NCBI GenBank assembly: GCA_965199935.1
Contig: CBDATD010000001.1
Location: 701,984-765,983, forward strand
DNA length: 64,000 nt
Source of the DNA: Bdellovibrionales bacterium
GTDB taxonomy: Bacteria; Bdellovibrionota; Bdellovibrionia; Bdellovibrionales; UBA1609
Reading direction: 5' to 3'
Part shown: positions 39,411 through 48,086 of the stretch, piece by piece
Layout of the letters: each line of letters starts with the position of its first letter
How positions within the stretch are numbered: position 1 is the first letter of the stretch
Translations under genes and position numbers: made by a program
Notes under the pieces: model-generated
Database searches by the model: none
What the model was told of the DNA's origin: nothing
What the model saw: the letters and a program-made list of their open reading frames with translations, nothing else

Positions 39411-40703
39411 TTACATTCGATCTTTTTTTCCATAATAAAACAAAATTAAAAAACCCAAAAAACCTGAAAGTAAAGAAGCCAGAAAAATAGAAGCCTTTGA
39501 ATAGCTTTCCAACACTGGATCATAGTTTAAACTTAAACTGCTGATAAATAAAGCCATTGTGAATCCAATGCCCGCCAGGCACCCCACTCCCAAAATATGA
39601 GGCAGATGCACGCCCGCAGGCAGTTTCACCCATTTCAAACGTACGGCCGCCCAGGAAAATAAAAAGATGCCAAGAGGTTTTCCCACAAAAAGCCCTAGAA
39701 AAATTCCGTCAAAGACAGAGCTTGAATAAAAATCCATAAAAGAGAATTTTGCATCAAACTTTAAGCCGGAATTACAAAAAGCAAAAATGGGCATAATAAC
39801 AAAACTCACCAGCCCATGCAGACGGTCAATAAGCCATTGAACCGGCGGCTGAAAACTGCGAAGTTTTTGAGCTGTTTTTTCTAATTGATAAGAGGAGGGT
39901 TGATTTGTATCTATCAGCTGTTTTAACTCTTCGTTCGCCTCTGATTTTCGAAAAGGCAAAGGGCGGGCCGGAGTCATCAGCCCTAAAATAACCCCGGCAA
40001 TCGTGGCGTGAATGCCGCTTTTTAAAACAGCAAACCACAAAATCGCTCCCAGTATGAGATAAACAAAATAACTATAAATACGAAGCTGTTTGAAACAAAA
40101 AATTAGGAATATTGCTAAACCCGACAAAGAAATCCAAAATCCAGAAAGCTCTGAAGAGTAAAAAGAAGCAATGACCAACACGGCTCCTAAGTCGTCGATA
40201 GTGGCTAAGGCCAGCAAAAAGATTTTTAAAGATAAGGGAATATTCAGAATAAAAGCCAGCACTCCGACAGCAAAGGCAATGTCTGTCGCCATCGGAACCC
40301 CCCATCCCACGATGCTTTCTTGACCTATATTGAAAGAAATATAAATTAAGGCTGGAACAATCATGCCCCCCAAGGCCGCCATAAAAGGCAGAAAGGCCTC
40401 TTTCCGAGAAGACAGTGAACCTCCTGCAAGCTCTCTTTTAATTTCTAAGCCGACAACAAAAAAGAAAATTACCATTAAGCCGTCATTCACCCAATGATGA
40501 AATGACATTTCCAGAGTGAAGTTTCCAAAGCCAATGGAAATTGGAAAGTAAAGCAGGCTGTCGTACCATAGCTTCAAGGGGGTATTGGCGCAAATGAGAG
40601 CTAACACAGCCGCCCCCAAAAGCAAAACACCGCTGCTGGTTTGCAGCGCCAGGAAACGTTCAATGGGACTTAGAATATTTTGGAGAAGCGATTTTTTGGA
40701 CAT
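39411..40703 (-). CDS. nhaA: Na+/H+ antiporter NhaA
   Basis: Polytopic membrane protein with FFFVVGLEIKRE and ATIDDLGAV motifs. Start probably the internal Met (MSKKSLL); the ORF-track start is 40757. Confidence 0.85.
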   Translation of the reverse strand: MSKKSLLQNILSPIERFLALQTSSGVLLLGAAVLALICANTPLKLWYDSLLYFPISIGFGNFTLEMSFHHWVNDGLMVIFFFVVGLEIKRELAGGSLSSRKEAFLPFMAALGGMIVPALIYISFNIGQESIVGWGVPMATDIAFAVGVLAFILNIPLSLKIFLLALATIDDLGAVLVIASFYSSELSGFWISLSGLAIFLIFCFKQLRIYSYFVYLILGAILWFAVLKSGIHATIAGVILGLMTPARPLPFRKSEANEELKQLIDTNQPSSYQLEKTAQKLRSFQPPVQWLIDRLHGLVSFVIMPIFAFCNSGLKFDAKFSFMDFYSSSVFDGIFLGLFVGKPLGIFLFSWAAVRLKWVKLPAGVHLPHILGVGCLAGIGFTMALFISSLSLNYDPVLESYSKASIFLASLLSGFLGFLILFYYGKKDRM

Positions 40704-40841
40704 ATTGATCCACCCTTGTTGTTTTGCAATTATCTTAAAATTTTTTAAATTTGTCATCCGTTCATTGACAGTGAAAAACTGTGCTATTATGACTTGCAGT
40801 CAGTCACCCCTGTTAAGCCGTTTTTATTTTGGATTAGAATC

Positions 40842-42053
40842 ATGAATAATAAAGTTCTTCTTGTTGAAGGCATTCACTCTCAGGCCCGAAAACTCCTTGA
40901 AAAAGAGTCGTTTGAGGTTGAGACTTTGACATCTTTTGCGGGTTGTGAAGAGTTGATTCAAAAAGCCCCCTTCTCGGCTGTAGGCATTCGCTCCCGCACA
41001 GAGCTGTCTTCTGATTTTTTCAATCAATCTCAGGATTTGTTGTGTGCCGCCGCTTTTTGTATTGGCACGAACCAGATTGATCTCGCAACAGCCGCTCAAA
41101 GGGGTGTGGCTGTATTTAACTCACCTTACAGCAATACCCGATCCGTTGCAGAGCTGACTTTGGCAAATATCATCAATCTCAGCAGAAAGATCACTCAGCT
41201 GAGCCATTGGACCCACTTGGGCCGATGGCAGAAAACATCTCAGTCCTCTTATGAGGTGCGCGGAAAAACACTGGGTATTGTTGGGTATGGACATATTGGG
41301 AGCCAGGTGAGTGTATTGGCTGAAGCTTTTGGAATGAGAGTTTATTACTATGATATTCAAAAGAAATTATCTTTAGGAAACGCACGGATGCTGTCTTCCT
41401 TGAATGAGATGCTCCCTCTTTGTGATTTTTTAACACTTCATGTGCCTCAAACCCCTCAGACGCAAAATATGATCACAAAAAAAGAACTGCAAAAAATGAA
41501 AAAAGGCAGTTATTTGATCAACACCAGCCGCGGGGGTACAGTTTGTTTAAATGATTTGGCTGAAGCCCTCAAAGAAAAGCATCTAAGGGGCGCCGCTGTT
41601 GATGTCTTTCCGGAAGAACCTTCCAGCAACGATGAGATGTTTTCTAATAATTTACAAAAAATGGACAATGTAATACTCACCCCTCATATTGGAGGAAGTA
41701 CTGAGGAAGCTCAAATTGGAATCGCAAATGACGCTGCTCAAAGAATTATTGACTATTTAAAGAAAGGGGATTCCGCCGGTTCCGTCAATTTTCCTCAGCT
41801 GTCTCCACCTCCTCTTTTGGACAGAGAAAAAACTTTAAGAGTGGCCAATATTCATAAAAATACTGCAGGGGTTTTGTCTGAAATTAACAGCCTTGTTTCC
41901 AAGTGGAGCATCAATGTGCAAACCCAGTACTTATCGACGATGTCAGATATAGGTTACGTCATTATGGACATAGAGAATCATAAAAAAAGTTTAGACATTG
42001 TCCACGCCATTCAAAAGCTCGATACTTCAATTAAGACGCGTCTTTTGCCTTGA
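40842..42053 (+). CDS. serA: D-3-phosphoglycerate dehydrogenase with C-terminal ACT-like domain
   Basis: MNNKVLLVEGIH start; GIVGYGHIGSQV NAD-binding site; HIGGST; about 400 aa. Confidence 0.8.
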   Translation: MNNKVLLVEGIHSQARKLLEKESFEVETLTSFAGCEELIQKAPFSAVGIRSRTELSSDFFNQSQDLLCAAAFCIGTNQIDLATAAQRGVAVFNSPYSNTRSVAELTLANIINLSRKITQLSHWTHLGRWQKTSQSSYEVRGKTLGIVGYGHIGSQVSVLAEAFGMRVYYYDIQKKLSLGNARMLSSLNEMLPLCDFLTLHVPQTPQTQNMITKKELQKMKKGSYLINTSRGGTVCLNDLAEALKEKHLRGAAVDVFPEEPSSNDEMFSNNLQKMDNVILTPHIGGSTEEAQIGIANDAAQRIIDYLKKGDSAGSVNFPQLSPPPLLDREKTLRVANIHKNTAGVLSEINSLVSKWSINVQTQYLSTMSDIGYVIMDIENHKKSLDIVHAIQKLDTSIKTRLLP

Positions 42054-42055
42054 GA

Positions 42056-43093
42056 TTAAAAACAGATGGTTTGGATCAAACGCTTAGCGACTTTGTAGGG
42101 GTCTGCATTGGCTCCCGGCCTTCGGTCTTCCAGATAACCGTAACCTTTTTGAACCACATGAGCAGGGATGCGAATGGAGGCCCCTCGGTCTAAAGGCCCT
42201 GCTCTAAATTCTTTGATGTTGCAGGTTTCGTGCAGACCTGTCAAACGCTCTCCTAATTTATCTCCGTAAACAGCAATATGCTCTTTATGGGTCTTAGAAA
42301 GTTTTTCGATGGCCTTATCAATTTCCTTAATGCCTCCCTGCTCTCTCATTTTAGAAGTGGAGAAGTTTGTATGCATACCTGCACCATTCCAATCTCCTTT
42401 GACCGGTTTGTTGTCAAAAGAAACGTGAACTGAATACTCTTCAGCAATTCGATGAAGGAGCCACCTTGCAGCCCATGTTTGATCTGCAATAGTTAAAGGA
42501 TCTGCCTCCTCCCCTTCAAAGCCCCTGTGGCCTATTTGAAATTCCCATTGGCCCAGCATGACTTCTGCATTCACCCCGCAAAGATAAATGCCAGCGGCTT
42601 GGCAGGCGGCTAGGTGAAGCTCAACAATCTCCCGGCCGCAAACAACATGAGCTCCCACCCCGCAATAAAAAGGCCCCTGTGGTTCTGGAAACCCTTCTTC
42701 CGGCCATCCCAAGGGCTTAGAGCCTTCAAATAAGGTGTATTCTTGTTCAAAGCCGATCCAAACTTTTTCTTTATCCGCACCCTTGCTTAAGAGGTCTTTG
42801 AGTTGGCTTCTTGTATTGCTCTCATGAGGGGTTTTTCCATCCACATGAAGTACTTCACACATCACAATATAATTTTTCTCGCCCCGTATGGGGTCTTGAA
42901 AATATTGAACGGGACGTAAAAATAAATCTGATTTAGCGCCTTTTGCTTGAGAAGTTGAAGAGCCGTCAAAAGACCAAGAGGGAAAAGAGCTGAGCGAAAT
43001 GGTTGACTTTGGAGAAGACAATACGAGCATTTTGGAGCGCAAACCTTGAGTGGGCTGAACCCCATCAAGCCAAATATACTCTGCACAAATCAC
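42056..43093 (-). CDS. glnII: glutamine synthetase type II (eukaryote-like GSII)
   Basis: AEYIWLDG start region, GWPEEGFPEPQGPFYCGVGA, NGAGMHTNFS, DRRPGANADPY. A GTG start at 43093 with a GGAGAG RBS is more likely than the TTG at 43150. Confidence 0.85.
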   Translation of the reverse strand: MICAEYIWLDGVQPTQGLRSKMLVLSSPKSTISLSSFPSWSFDGSSTSQAKGAKSDLFLRPVQYFQDPIRGEKNYIVMCEVLHVDGKTPHESNTRSQLKDLLSKGADKEKVWIGFEQEYTLFEGSKPLGWPEEGFPEPQGPFYCGVGAHVVCGREIVELHLAACQAAGIYLCGVNAEVMLGQWEFQIGHRGFEGEEADPLTIADQTWAARWLLHRIAEEYSVHVSFDNKPVKGDWNGAGMHTNFSTSKMREQGGIKEIDKAIEKLSKTHKEHIAVYGDKLGERLTGLHETCNIKEFRAGPLDRGASIRIPAHVVQKGYGYLEDRRPGANADPYKVAKRLIQTICF

Positions 43094-43248
43094 TGTATCT
43101 CTCCGAGAGTGAGAAAGACTTTTTTTAAACTTAACTATAAAAATGAGCAAGTATTTTCAGAATTATAATGCATTGCTTTTTCTGTGATTTTTTGAAGGCA
43201 TTCATTTTGAAAATATGTTACTCCGCCTTCGCTTTCCGGGATTTTTAT

Positions 43249-43386
43249 GTGATTTTAAACAGAAGTTTTCTTTTTATTGTCGGGTTGTTCTTTCTGTTAG
43301 GCTGTACAGACTCAGGGCTTTCTTCAGATAGGGTGCTTGCAGAGAAGGAAGGGCGTCAGTATGGGGCAGTGGGTCCACAATTTTAG
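43249..43386 (+). CDS. possible small lipoprotein (45 aa)
   Basis: A GTG start would give VILNRSFLFIVGLFFLLGC with a lipobox. No other support. Confidence 0.2.
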   Translation: MILNRSFLFIVGLFFLLGCTDSGLSSDRVLAEKEGRQYGAVGPQF

Positions 43387-43496
43387 AAGAAAATTTCAAT
43401 TCATCCTGTCCTATGTTGGGGGAAAATGAAGAGTCTGCGAATCCCATTAAAAGAAATTGAATAAAATGCGGCCGTTGTTTGTGTGGATGCTCTTTT

Positions 43497-44081
43497 CTAA
43501 GGATTCATTTTTTTGACTGATTTGACTTTGAAGTTGTCGTCCAGTTTCACTTCATAACCTCCTTTTCTGGCATTTTCTATAAATTCTTGGGCATAGGCTT
43601 TTCTTGGATCTATATCATCATCGGAGTCTTCTTCAGGTTTTCCTTGAAAATTTTGTATTTTTTTTTCAATAATGCGGTAACCGGCAATGCGTTCTTCAAT
43701 ATCGCCGCCCGATTCTTCTTCTGCTGTTTTCAGAATAGAGAGAAGGTCATCAAAAGATGGATCTTGGCTCAGATCGACACCGTCTTTGAGGGTGTAGTCT
43801 TCAGGTTTTGCAGACGCCGGCTTAGCAACGTATTGATTTTTTTTATAACGGGCTGAATCTTGAGCCATTTTTTGTTTTAACAAATTAGTTTTGTAGTCTT
43901 TCTGAATCTGTTTTTTTATGTTTTTATCCATTAGAGTAGATGTTTTTTTTTGCTGGGGCCGGCCTTCTTTTTCTGAAAAAATATCGGACTTTTCCCCTCT
44001 ATTTTGTTTTTGGTAAAGAACTAAGAAAGCTCCTATAATGAACACAAACAAAATAAATTTAAAGAATAATTTTCTCTTCAT
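43497..44081 (-). CDS. membrane-anchored hypothetical protein, K/E-rich
   Basis: Internal Met gives MKRKLFFKFILFVFIIGAFLVLY (signal anchor). No motif recognised. Confidence 0.45.
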   Translation of the reverse strand: MKRKLFFKFILFVFIIGAFLVLYQKQNRGEKSDIFSEKEGRPQQKKTSTLMDKNIKKQIQKDYKTNLLKQKMAQDSARYKKNQYVAKPASAKPEDYTLKDGVDLSQDPSFDDLLSILKTAEEESGGDIEERIAGYRIIEKKIQNFQGKPEEDSDDDIDPRKAYAQEFIENARKGGYEVKLDDNFKVKSVKKMNP

Positions 44082-44183
44082 CGTCTGCTGATTTTGGTGT
44101 TGAATCCGCACCTGATGTTTTTTTCTTTTTCTAAACATAAGAACATTATTGGTGAAATGGAGCCGTTTTTCCACCTATTTTTT

Positions 44184-45446
44184 TTATTTTGAGATGCTGA
44201 GATTTTCAGAAAAGAGTTTTTCTTTTGAGAGGCCGTAAACCGTCAGTTGGACATTCCACATATTGTTTGGACTCACTTGGCTTGTAATAACAGCATAATT
44301 AAGTTTGTTGGGGGCGTGATGAATATGTCTGGAATCCTGTACAAAATCCGCCTTTTTCGGGTAAGTTTTGGCATGAATGGGAGAGGTGGTCAGCTCATAA
44401 GTGTTGTATCCGGCCCATGATTCTGCTTTAGGGTCTATTTTTAAAAGTTCGCTTAAATGGCGGTCGCCGCTGAGAAAGAAAACCGGACTTTGTGCTTTCA
44501 TTATACGATTCATCATCATTTTAAAGTTTTCTTGGAAGCCTCTTTCAAAAGATTCAAAGGGATGGTGCCGTCCTAGAATTTGTGTTCCACTGATCACCCA
44601 AGAAGGATTTTTAGAAAGATTTTGTAAAATCCACTCTTCCTGCTCTTTACCCCAAAGAGATGGTTTTTTTGATTGAGGGGGGCTTTGAAAACTTCTGCCG
44701 TCTGTAAATAAAAAATTTTGTTTTTGTGTTTTTAATGCAAAAGAAACGCCCGGCCCTTTAGAGAGATAAGGATGTTTTTCAGGGAGAGGGAAAAAGTCTC
44801 TAAATAGTTTTTGCATATCTTTCTTGTATTTAAAATTTTTATGCCCGTTGTTCATTCCATAATCATGGTCATCCCAAACAGCCAGTATGGGAATAAGTTT
44901 TGGAGTTTTGTATAAAGGCAGAGTTTTCAGTGTTTCCACATAGCGTTTAGACAAATTTTCAAAAGATATGTTTGAAATATATTCGTCTGCATAAACTATG
45001 TCTCCAATGAGGAAAATCATATCCGGCTGGAAAGAAAACAACTCCTTCCAGATATGCTGGTTGGGCCATTTGTCATCCATGCAGGAGGCTATAGCGAAAG
45101 TAAACTTTGTGCGATTCAAATCCAAAGTTCTGAATATTTTTTCAGATATGATTTTTGAGTCTTCATTTTTAATGATCAAACGATAAGTTTCCTTGGGATT
45201 TAGGTTTTCTAATTTGAGATGGTAAAGGTTCATTTTAGAAAATTTTCGTTTCAATTCAGGATGAAGAGGTGTTTTTTCATTCAAAAAGTAGAGTAGTTTT
45301 TCTTTTTTTGAAGCCAGAATGTTAAAAGAAGTTTGATCACTGGAACTGTAGTTCTGCCAAACGGATAAGGAGTTTTCAGTTTTTGACAGCCAATAGAAGC
45401 TGAAAAGAGAGAGAGGGATTAAAAGGGCAAGAATTTTCTTTAACAT
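44184..45446 (-). CDS. PhoD-like metallophosphatase / alkaline phosphatase D family
   Basis: IFLIGDIVYADEY, AVWDDHDYGMNNG, FLSGDRH. Start moved to MLKKILALLIPLSLF (45446) because the track N-terminus (to 45533) lies over RNase P RNA. Confidence 0.7.
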   Translation of the reverse strand: MLKKILALLIPLSLFSFYWLSKTENSLSVWQNYSSSDQTSFNILASKKEKLLYFLNEKTPLHPELKRKFSKMNLYHLKLENLNPKETYRLIIKNEDSKIISEKIFRTLDLNRTKFTFAIASCMDDKWPNQHIWKELFSFQPDMIFLIGDIVYADEYISNISFENLSKRYVETLKTLPLYKTPKLIPILAVWDDHDYGMNNGHKNFKYKKDMQKLFRDFFPLPEKHPYLSKGPGVSFALKTQKQNFLFTDGRSFQSPPQSKKPSLWGKEQEEWILQNLSKNPSWVISGTQILGRHHPFESFERGFQENFKMMMNRIMKAQSPVFFLSGDRHLSELLKIDPKAESWAGYNTYELTTSPIHAKTYPKKADFVQDSRHIHHAPNKLNYAVITSQVSPNNMWNVQLTVYGLSKEKLFSENLSISK

Positions 45447-45461
45447 ACTGCACCTGTAAAA

Positions 45462-45755
45462 AAGAGCAGGGGCTGTAAGCCGGATTCTGTCCAGTTTATA
45501 AAAACCTGGGCGGCTATTCATCTTTGCGATCAACCCGAAAGTTTAGCATAGGCGATGCACTTTCTTATTTGATCTTGCTCCGCATAGAGTTTAGCTGATT
45601 TCACTCCAGCAGTAAAAAATTTACTCTGGACATACTTTCTGTTCCACTAGTCCTCACCTCAAAGAGGTGGAAGAGATTTCTCCCTTTATGCCGCCTTGTG
45701 GAGTCCGGACTTTCCTCTTCCAAAATGTGAAAGCAACCGCCCGCCCCCGCTGTTC
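45462..45755 (-). ncRNA. rnpB: RNase P RNA (bacterial type A-like, compact)
   Basis: On the minus strand: GAAGAGGAAAGTCCGGACTCCACAAGG (CR-I), GGAACAGAAAGT, CGGAGCAAGATCAAATAAG, AGATGAATAGCCGCCC, and ACAGAATCCGGCTTACAGCCCC near the 3' end. 5' AGCGGGGG pairs with 3' CCCCTGCT (P1). Ends are good to about 5 nt. Confidence 0.85.
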
Positions 45756-45789
45756 ATATAAAGAGCATAAAACCGTTTTTTGAGCAATC

Positions 45790-46003
45790 ATGTCTTCTGA
45801 TGTCTTCTCAAGCCTTCTCAGGGGGTATTTCGCAGATTTTGAGCAAAAAGAGGGTCAAAACCCCTCTAAACTGCATTTTTGATCCATGTCTTCTGATGTC
45901 TTCTCAAGCCTTCTCAGGGGGTATTTCGCAGATTTGGGGTCAAAATCTCTTCAAAACCCTTCTAAACTGCATTTTTGATCCATGTCTTCTGATGTCTTCT
46001 CAA
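45790..46003. repeat. 96-bp tandem repeat, 2.2 copies
   Basis: Units start at 45790, 45886 and 45982. The first 50 nt and last 20 nt are conserved. The 26-nt cores (45840-45865 and 45936-45961) differ. Confidence 0.9.
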
Positions 46004-46130
46004 ATCTGCCCACTCAATAATATCCATGCATCAGCTTTGGATATTTGTGTTTCAGGACATTCAATCTTAAGCTGGTAGGTATGGAAAAATATACAAAAGA
46101 ACAGTTGCCTTCACTGAACGGCCGCGTATC

Positions 46131-46436
46131 ATGCCTGATGTGAAAATTTTGATTAAGCTCCTTTTCTGCCAGTTCTGCTTCATTTCCTGCCAGACAGTCA
46201 CTATCAGCCCCAGCGGCAGTCAGCACAGGCTCAGCAGTATGCCTGTGTATGAACAGTCTCAGAGTTTTTTTCTTTTTGGGTTGGCCGGTAAAAAATTCGT
46301 AAACGTTTCGTCCATCTGCGGCGGCAAAGAGGTTCTGCAAATGCAAACGCAATCCACTTTCGTTAATCAGCTGATAACTTGGATAACTTTAGGAATTTAC
46401 ACTCCAAGGACAGCAAAAGTGTGGTGCAGTAGATGA
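46131..46436 (+). CDS. Bor/Iss-family outer-membrane lipoprotein
   Basis: Lipobox FISC. FFLFGLAGKKFVNVSSICGGKEVLQMQTQSTFVNQLITWITLGIYTPRTAKVWCS aligns closely with phage lambda Bor as I remember it. Confidence 0.75.
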   Translation: MPDVKILIKLLFCQFCFISCQTVTISPSGSQHRLSSMPVYEQSQSFFLFGLAGKKFVNVSSICGGKEVLQMQTQSTFVNQLITWITLGIYTPRTAKVWCSR

Positions 46437-46789
46437 GGCGTTTATTTGTGACTTTTATATTTCTTAATTTAGCAGGGTGCTATACCATGTACTTTGTTAA
46501 AGACGGCAGTTCCTTTCCCGCACAATATACTTACAGCTCCTGGCACCACATCGGCCTGGCGGGCTTAATGGAATTTAGCAGTCCTGTGAATCTCACCGCC
46601 GTCTGCGGGGGTGGAGACAGATGGAACTCTGTTAGAGTTCAAACAGGTTTTCTGCAAGGACTTGTCAGAATGGTCTCTATTCCAACCGGCAGCTCCTATT
46701 ACAACGATACATTAGGCCGAGATATACCTATTACTGTAGCGTTGGGAAATTTTTACAGTCCTGAGGAAGTTCAGGTTTCCTGTAAATAA
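46433..46789 (+). CDS. divergent Bor-like lipoprotein
   Basis: Lipobox LAGC. WHHIGLAGL...AVCGGG...VQTGFLQGL...YSPEEVQVSCK follows the Bor pattern with an insertion. Its ATG overlaps the upstream stop (ATGA). Confidence 0.6.
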   Translation: MRRLFVTFIFLNLAGCYTMYFVKDGSSFPAQYTYSSWHHIGLAGLMEFSSPVNLTAVCGGGDRWNSVRVQTGFLQGLVRMVSIPTGSSYYNDTLGRDIPITVALGNFYSPEEVQVSCK

Positions 46790-46977
46790 AAGTACACACT
46801 CCTGTTTTTTTTGAAGAAGGCCGCGGGGTCCGTAAATAAACTAACGTCTTCCCGCTGCACTCATTTGTCTTTAATCAATCGTACAAACTGAAGCAGATTT
46901 TAATAGAGAGTAAACAAGCTGTTGCTGTGAAATATTTTAAGCTGAAAAGGGGCGTCTGCATCAAAAAATAACAATGG

Positions 46978-47430
46978 TTAAAAATCAGAGTCGAGAGCGA
47001 TGTTGGCCAGCTCGTCTGCACGCGTGTTGCTTTCTCTTAAAACATGAACGCAGTCCCACTCAGGAATTTTCTTTAAAAGCGAAATGCATTGAGCATGGAT
47101 GAGTTTTAAGGACGGGGATTTAATTTTATATTCTCCATTCAACTGCCTCACAGCCAGCTGGCTGTCTGTTTTGAGGATCAAACACTGCACATTATTTTGA
47201 ACTGCCAGCTCCAAAGCGCGGTGAATGCCTTTATATTCAGCTTCATTATTGGTGGCGGCGCCCAATGTGCGGGCTTCTTCAAAAATTTTTTCCTGTTCTT
47301 CTTTGTTCGTGACAGTGAGGCCGAAGGAGGCAGATCCAGGGTTTCCCCGGCTGGCTCCGTCCGTGTATATGACCACCGTATGAGGCCAATGAGATGCACG
47401 GCCGATGGAGAATACAGCTTTGTTACTCAT
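46978..47430 (-). CDS. rnhA: RNase HI-family protein (short, RNase H type 1 fold)
   Basis: YTDGASRGNPGSASFG, NNEAEYKGI, TDSQLAV, NTRADELA (the D-E-D-D residues). Confidence 0.75.
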   Translation of the reverse strand: MSNKAVFSIGRASHWPHTVVIYTDGASRGNPGSASFGLTVTNKEEQEKIFEEARTLGAATNNEAEYKGIHRALELAVQNNVQCLILKTDSQLAVRQLNGEYKIKSPSLKLIHAQCISLLKKIPEWDCVHVLRESNTRADELANIALDSDF

Positions 47431-48073
47431 TTACAGCAGGTGAATCAATAGACAAATCCCCCTGAGGAAGATCATCAATGTCTATCGTTTGATCTTCTTT
47501 TGAAGAGGTATTTTCAGGCGGAGAGAGAACCAAAACTTCATCATTAAAATTCATCTCTGTTTTATCCACATTAAAAGAGCCAATTACCCAATTTTCTTTA
47601 GAGTCAGAAGAATGTTGAAAATTAATTAAAGCCGATCCCTCCACTTTAACATCCACCTGATCGCCTTCATCTGCACTGCTGGGGTCTTTAAAAGAATAGC
47701 TGAAGACCGCTTTTATCTGAGAAGAGTTGTTAGTTGTTTCTGTCCACAAGTTGTGAAACTGAATATTGTATGCAGAAGGATTTTTTTCCAATAATTTATT
47801 TCGAACAATATTTTGAAATTCTTCTTGAATGGCCAAGTGAGTCCCCTCAGGAAACACATTCTTTTTCTGAAAGAAAAACCAAGTGATCATCAACAGTAAA
47901 AATAGAACAGCCAAAGCAATAATCTGCAGAAAGTTCTTTTTGATAAAAGGGAGTATATTTAAACCGGCGGACATACCCCAATTATCGGTCATATATGTTT
48001 TTGAAACAATAGATATATTGAAATTATTCAGTTTTGCCTTGATTTTTCCCAAAGTTTGATTTTTTGTGTGCAA
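47423..48073 (-). CDS. hypothetical single-pass membrane protein; start uncertain
   Basis: TM segment IIALAVLFLLLMITWFFF. Overlaps the RNase H start by 8 nt. Alternative Met starts at 47992 and 47974 are more compatible with the divergent gene starting at 48087. Confidence 0.45.
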   Translation of the reverse strand: MHTKNQTLGKIKAKLNNFNISIVSKTYMTDNWGMSAGLNILPFIKKNFLQIIALAVLFLLLMITWFFFQKKNVFPEGTHLAIQEEFQNIVRNKLLEKNPSAYNIQFHNLWTETTNNSSQIKAVFSYSFKDPSSADEGDQVDVKVEGSALINFQHSSDSKENWVIGSFNVDKTEMNFNDEVLVLSPPENTSSKEDQTIDIDDLPQGDLSIDSPAVNE

Positions 48074-48086
48074 AAGGAAGGCTACG

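Noticed and set aside
45447-45533. N-terminal 29 aa of the track ORF 44184-45533 (MIAKMNSRPGFYKLDRIRLTAPALFYRCS).
   Set aside because: This stretch lies on the 3' third of RNase P RNA (ACAGAATCCGGCTTAC block). A proper signal-peptide Met follows at 45446.
45790-46003. Possible mini-CRISPR (conserved repeat arms with a variable 26-nt core).
   Set aside because: Only two units. The conserved part (70 nt) is far longer than a CRISPR repeat. The cores are related to each other by shifts rather than being unrelated spacers. There are no cas genes in the window.
45800-46078. 92-aa ORF with the internally repeated peptide MSSQAFSGGISQI.
   Set aside because: It is simply the translation of the 96-bp tandem DNA repeat. 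It has no RBS and the repeat period explains the peptide repeat. Treated as non-coding.
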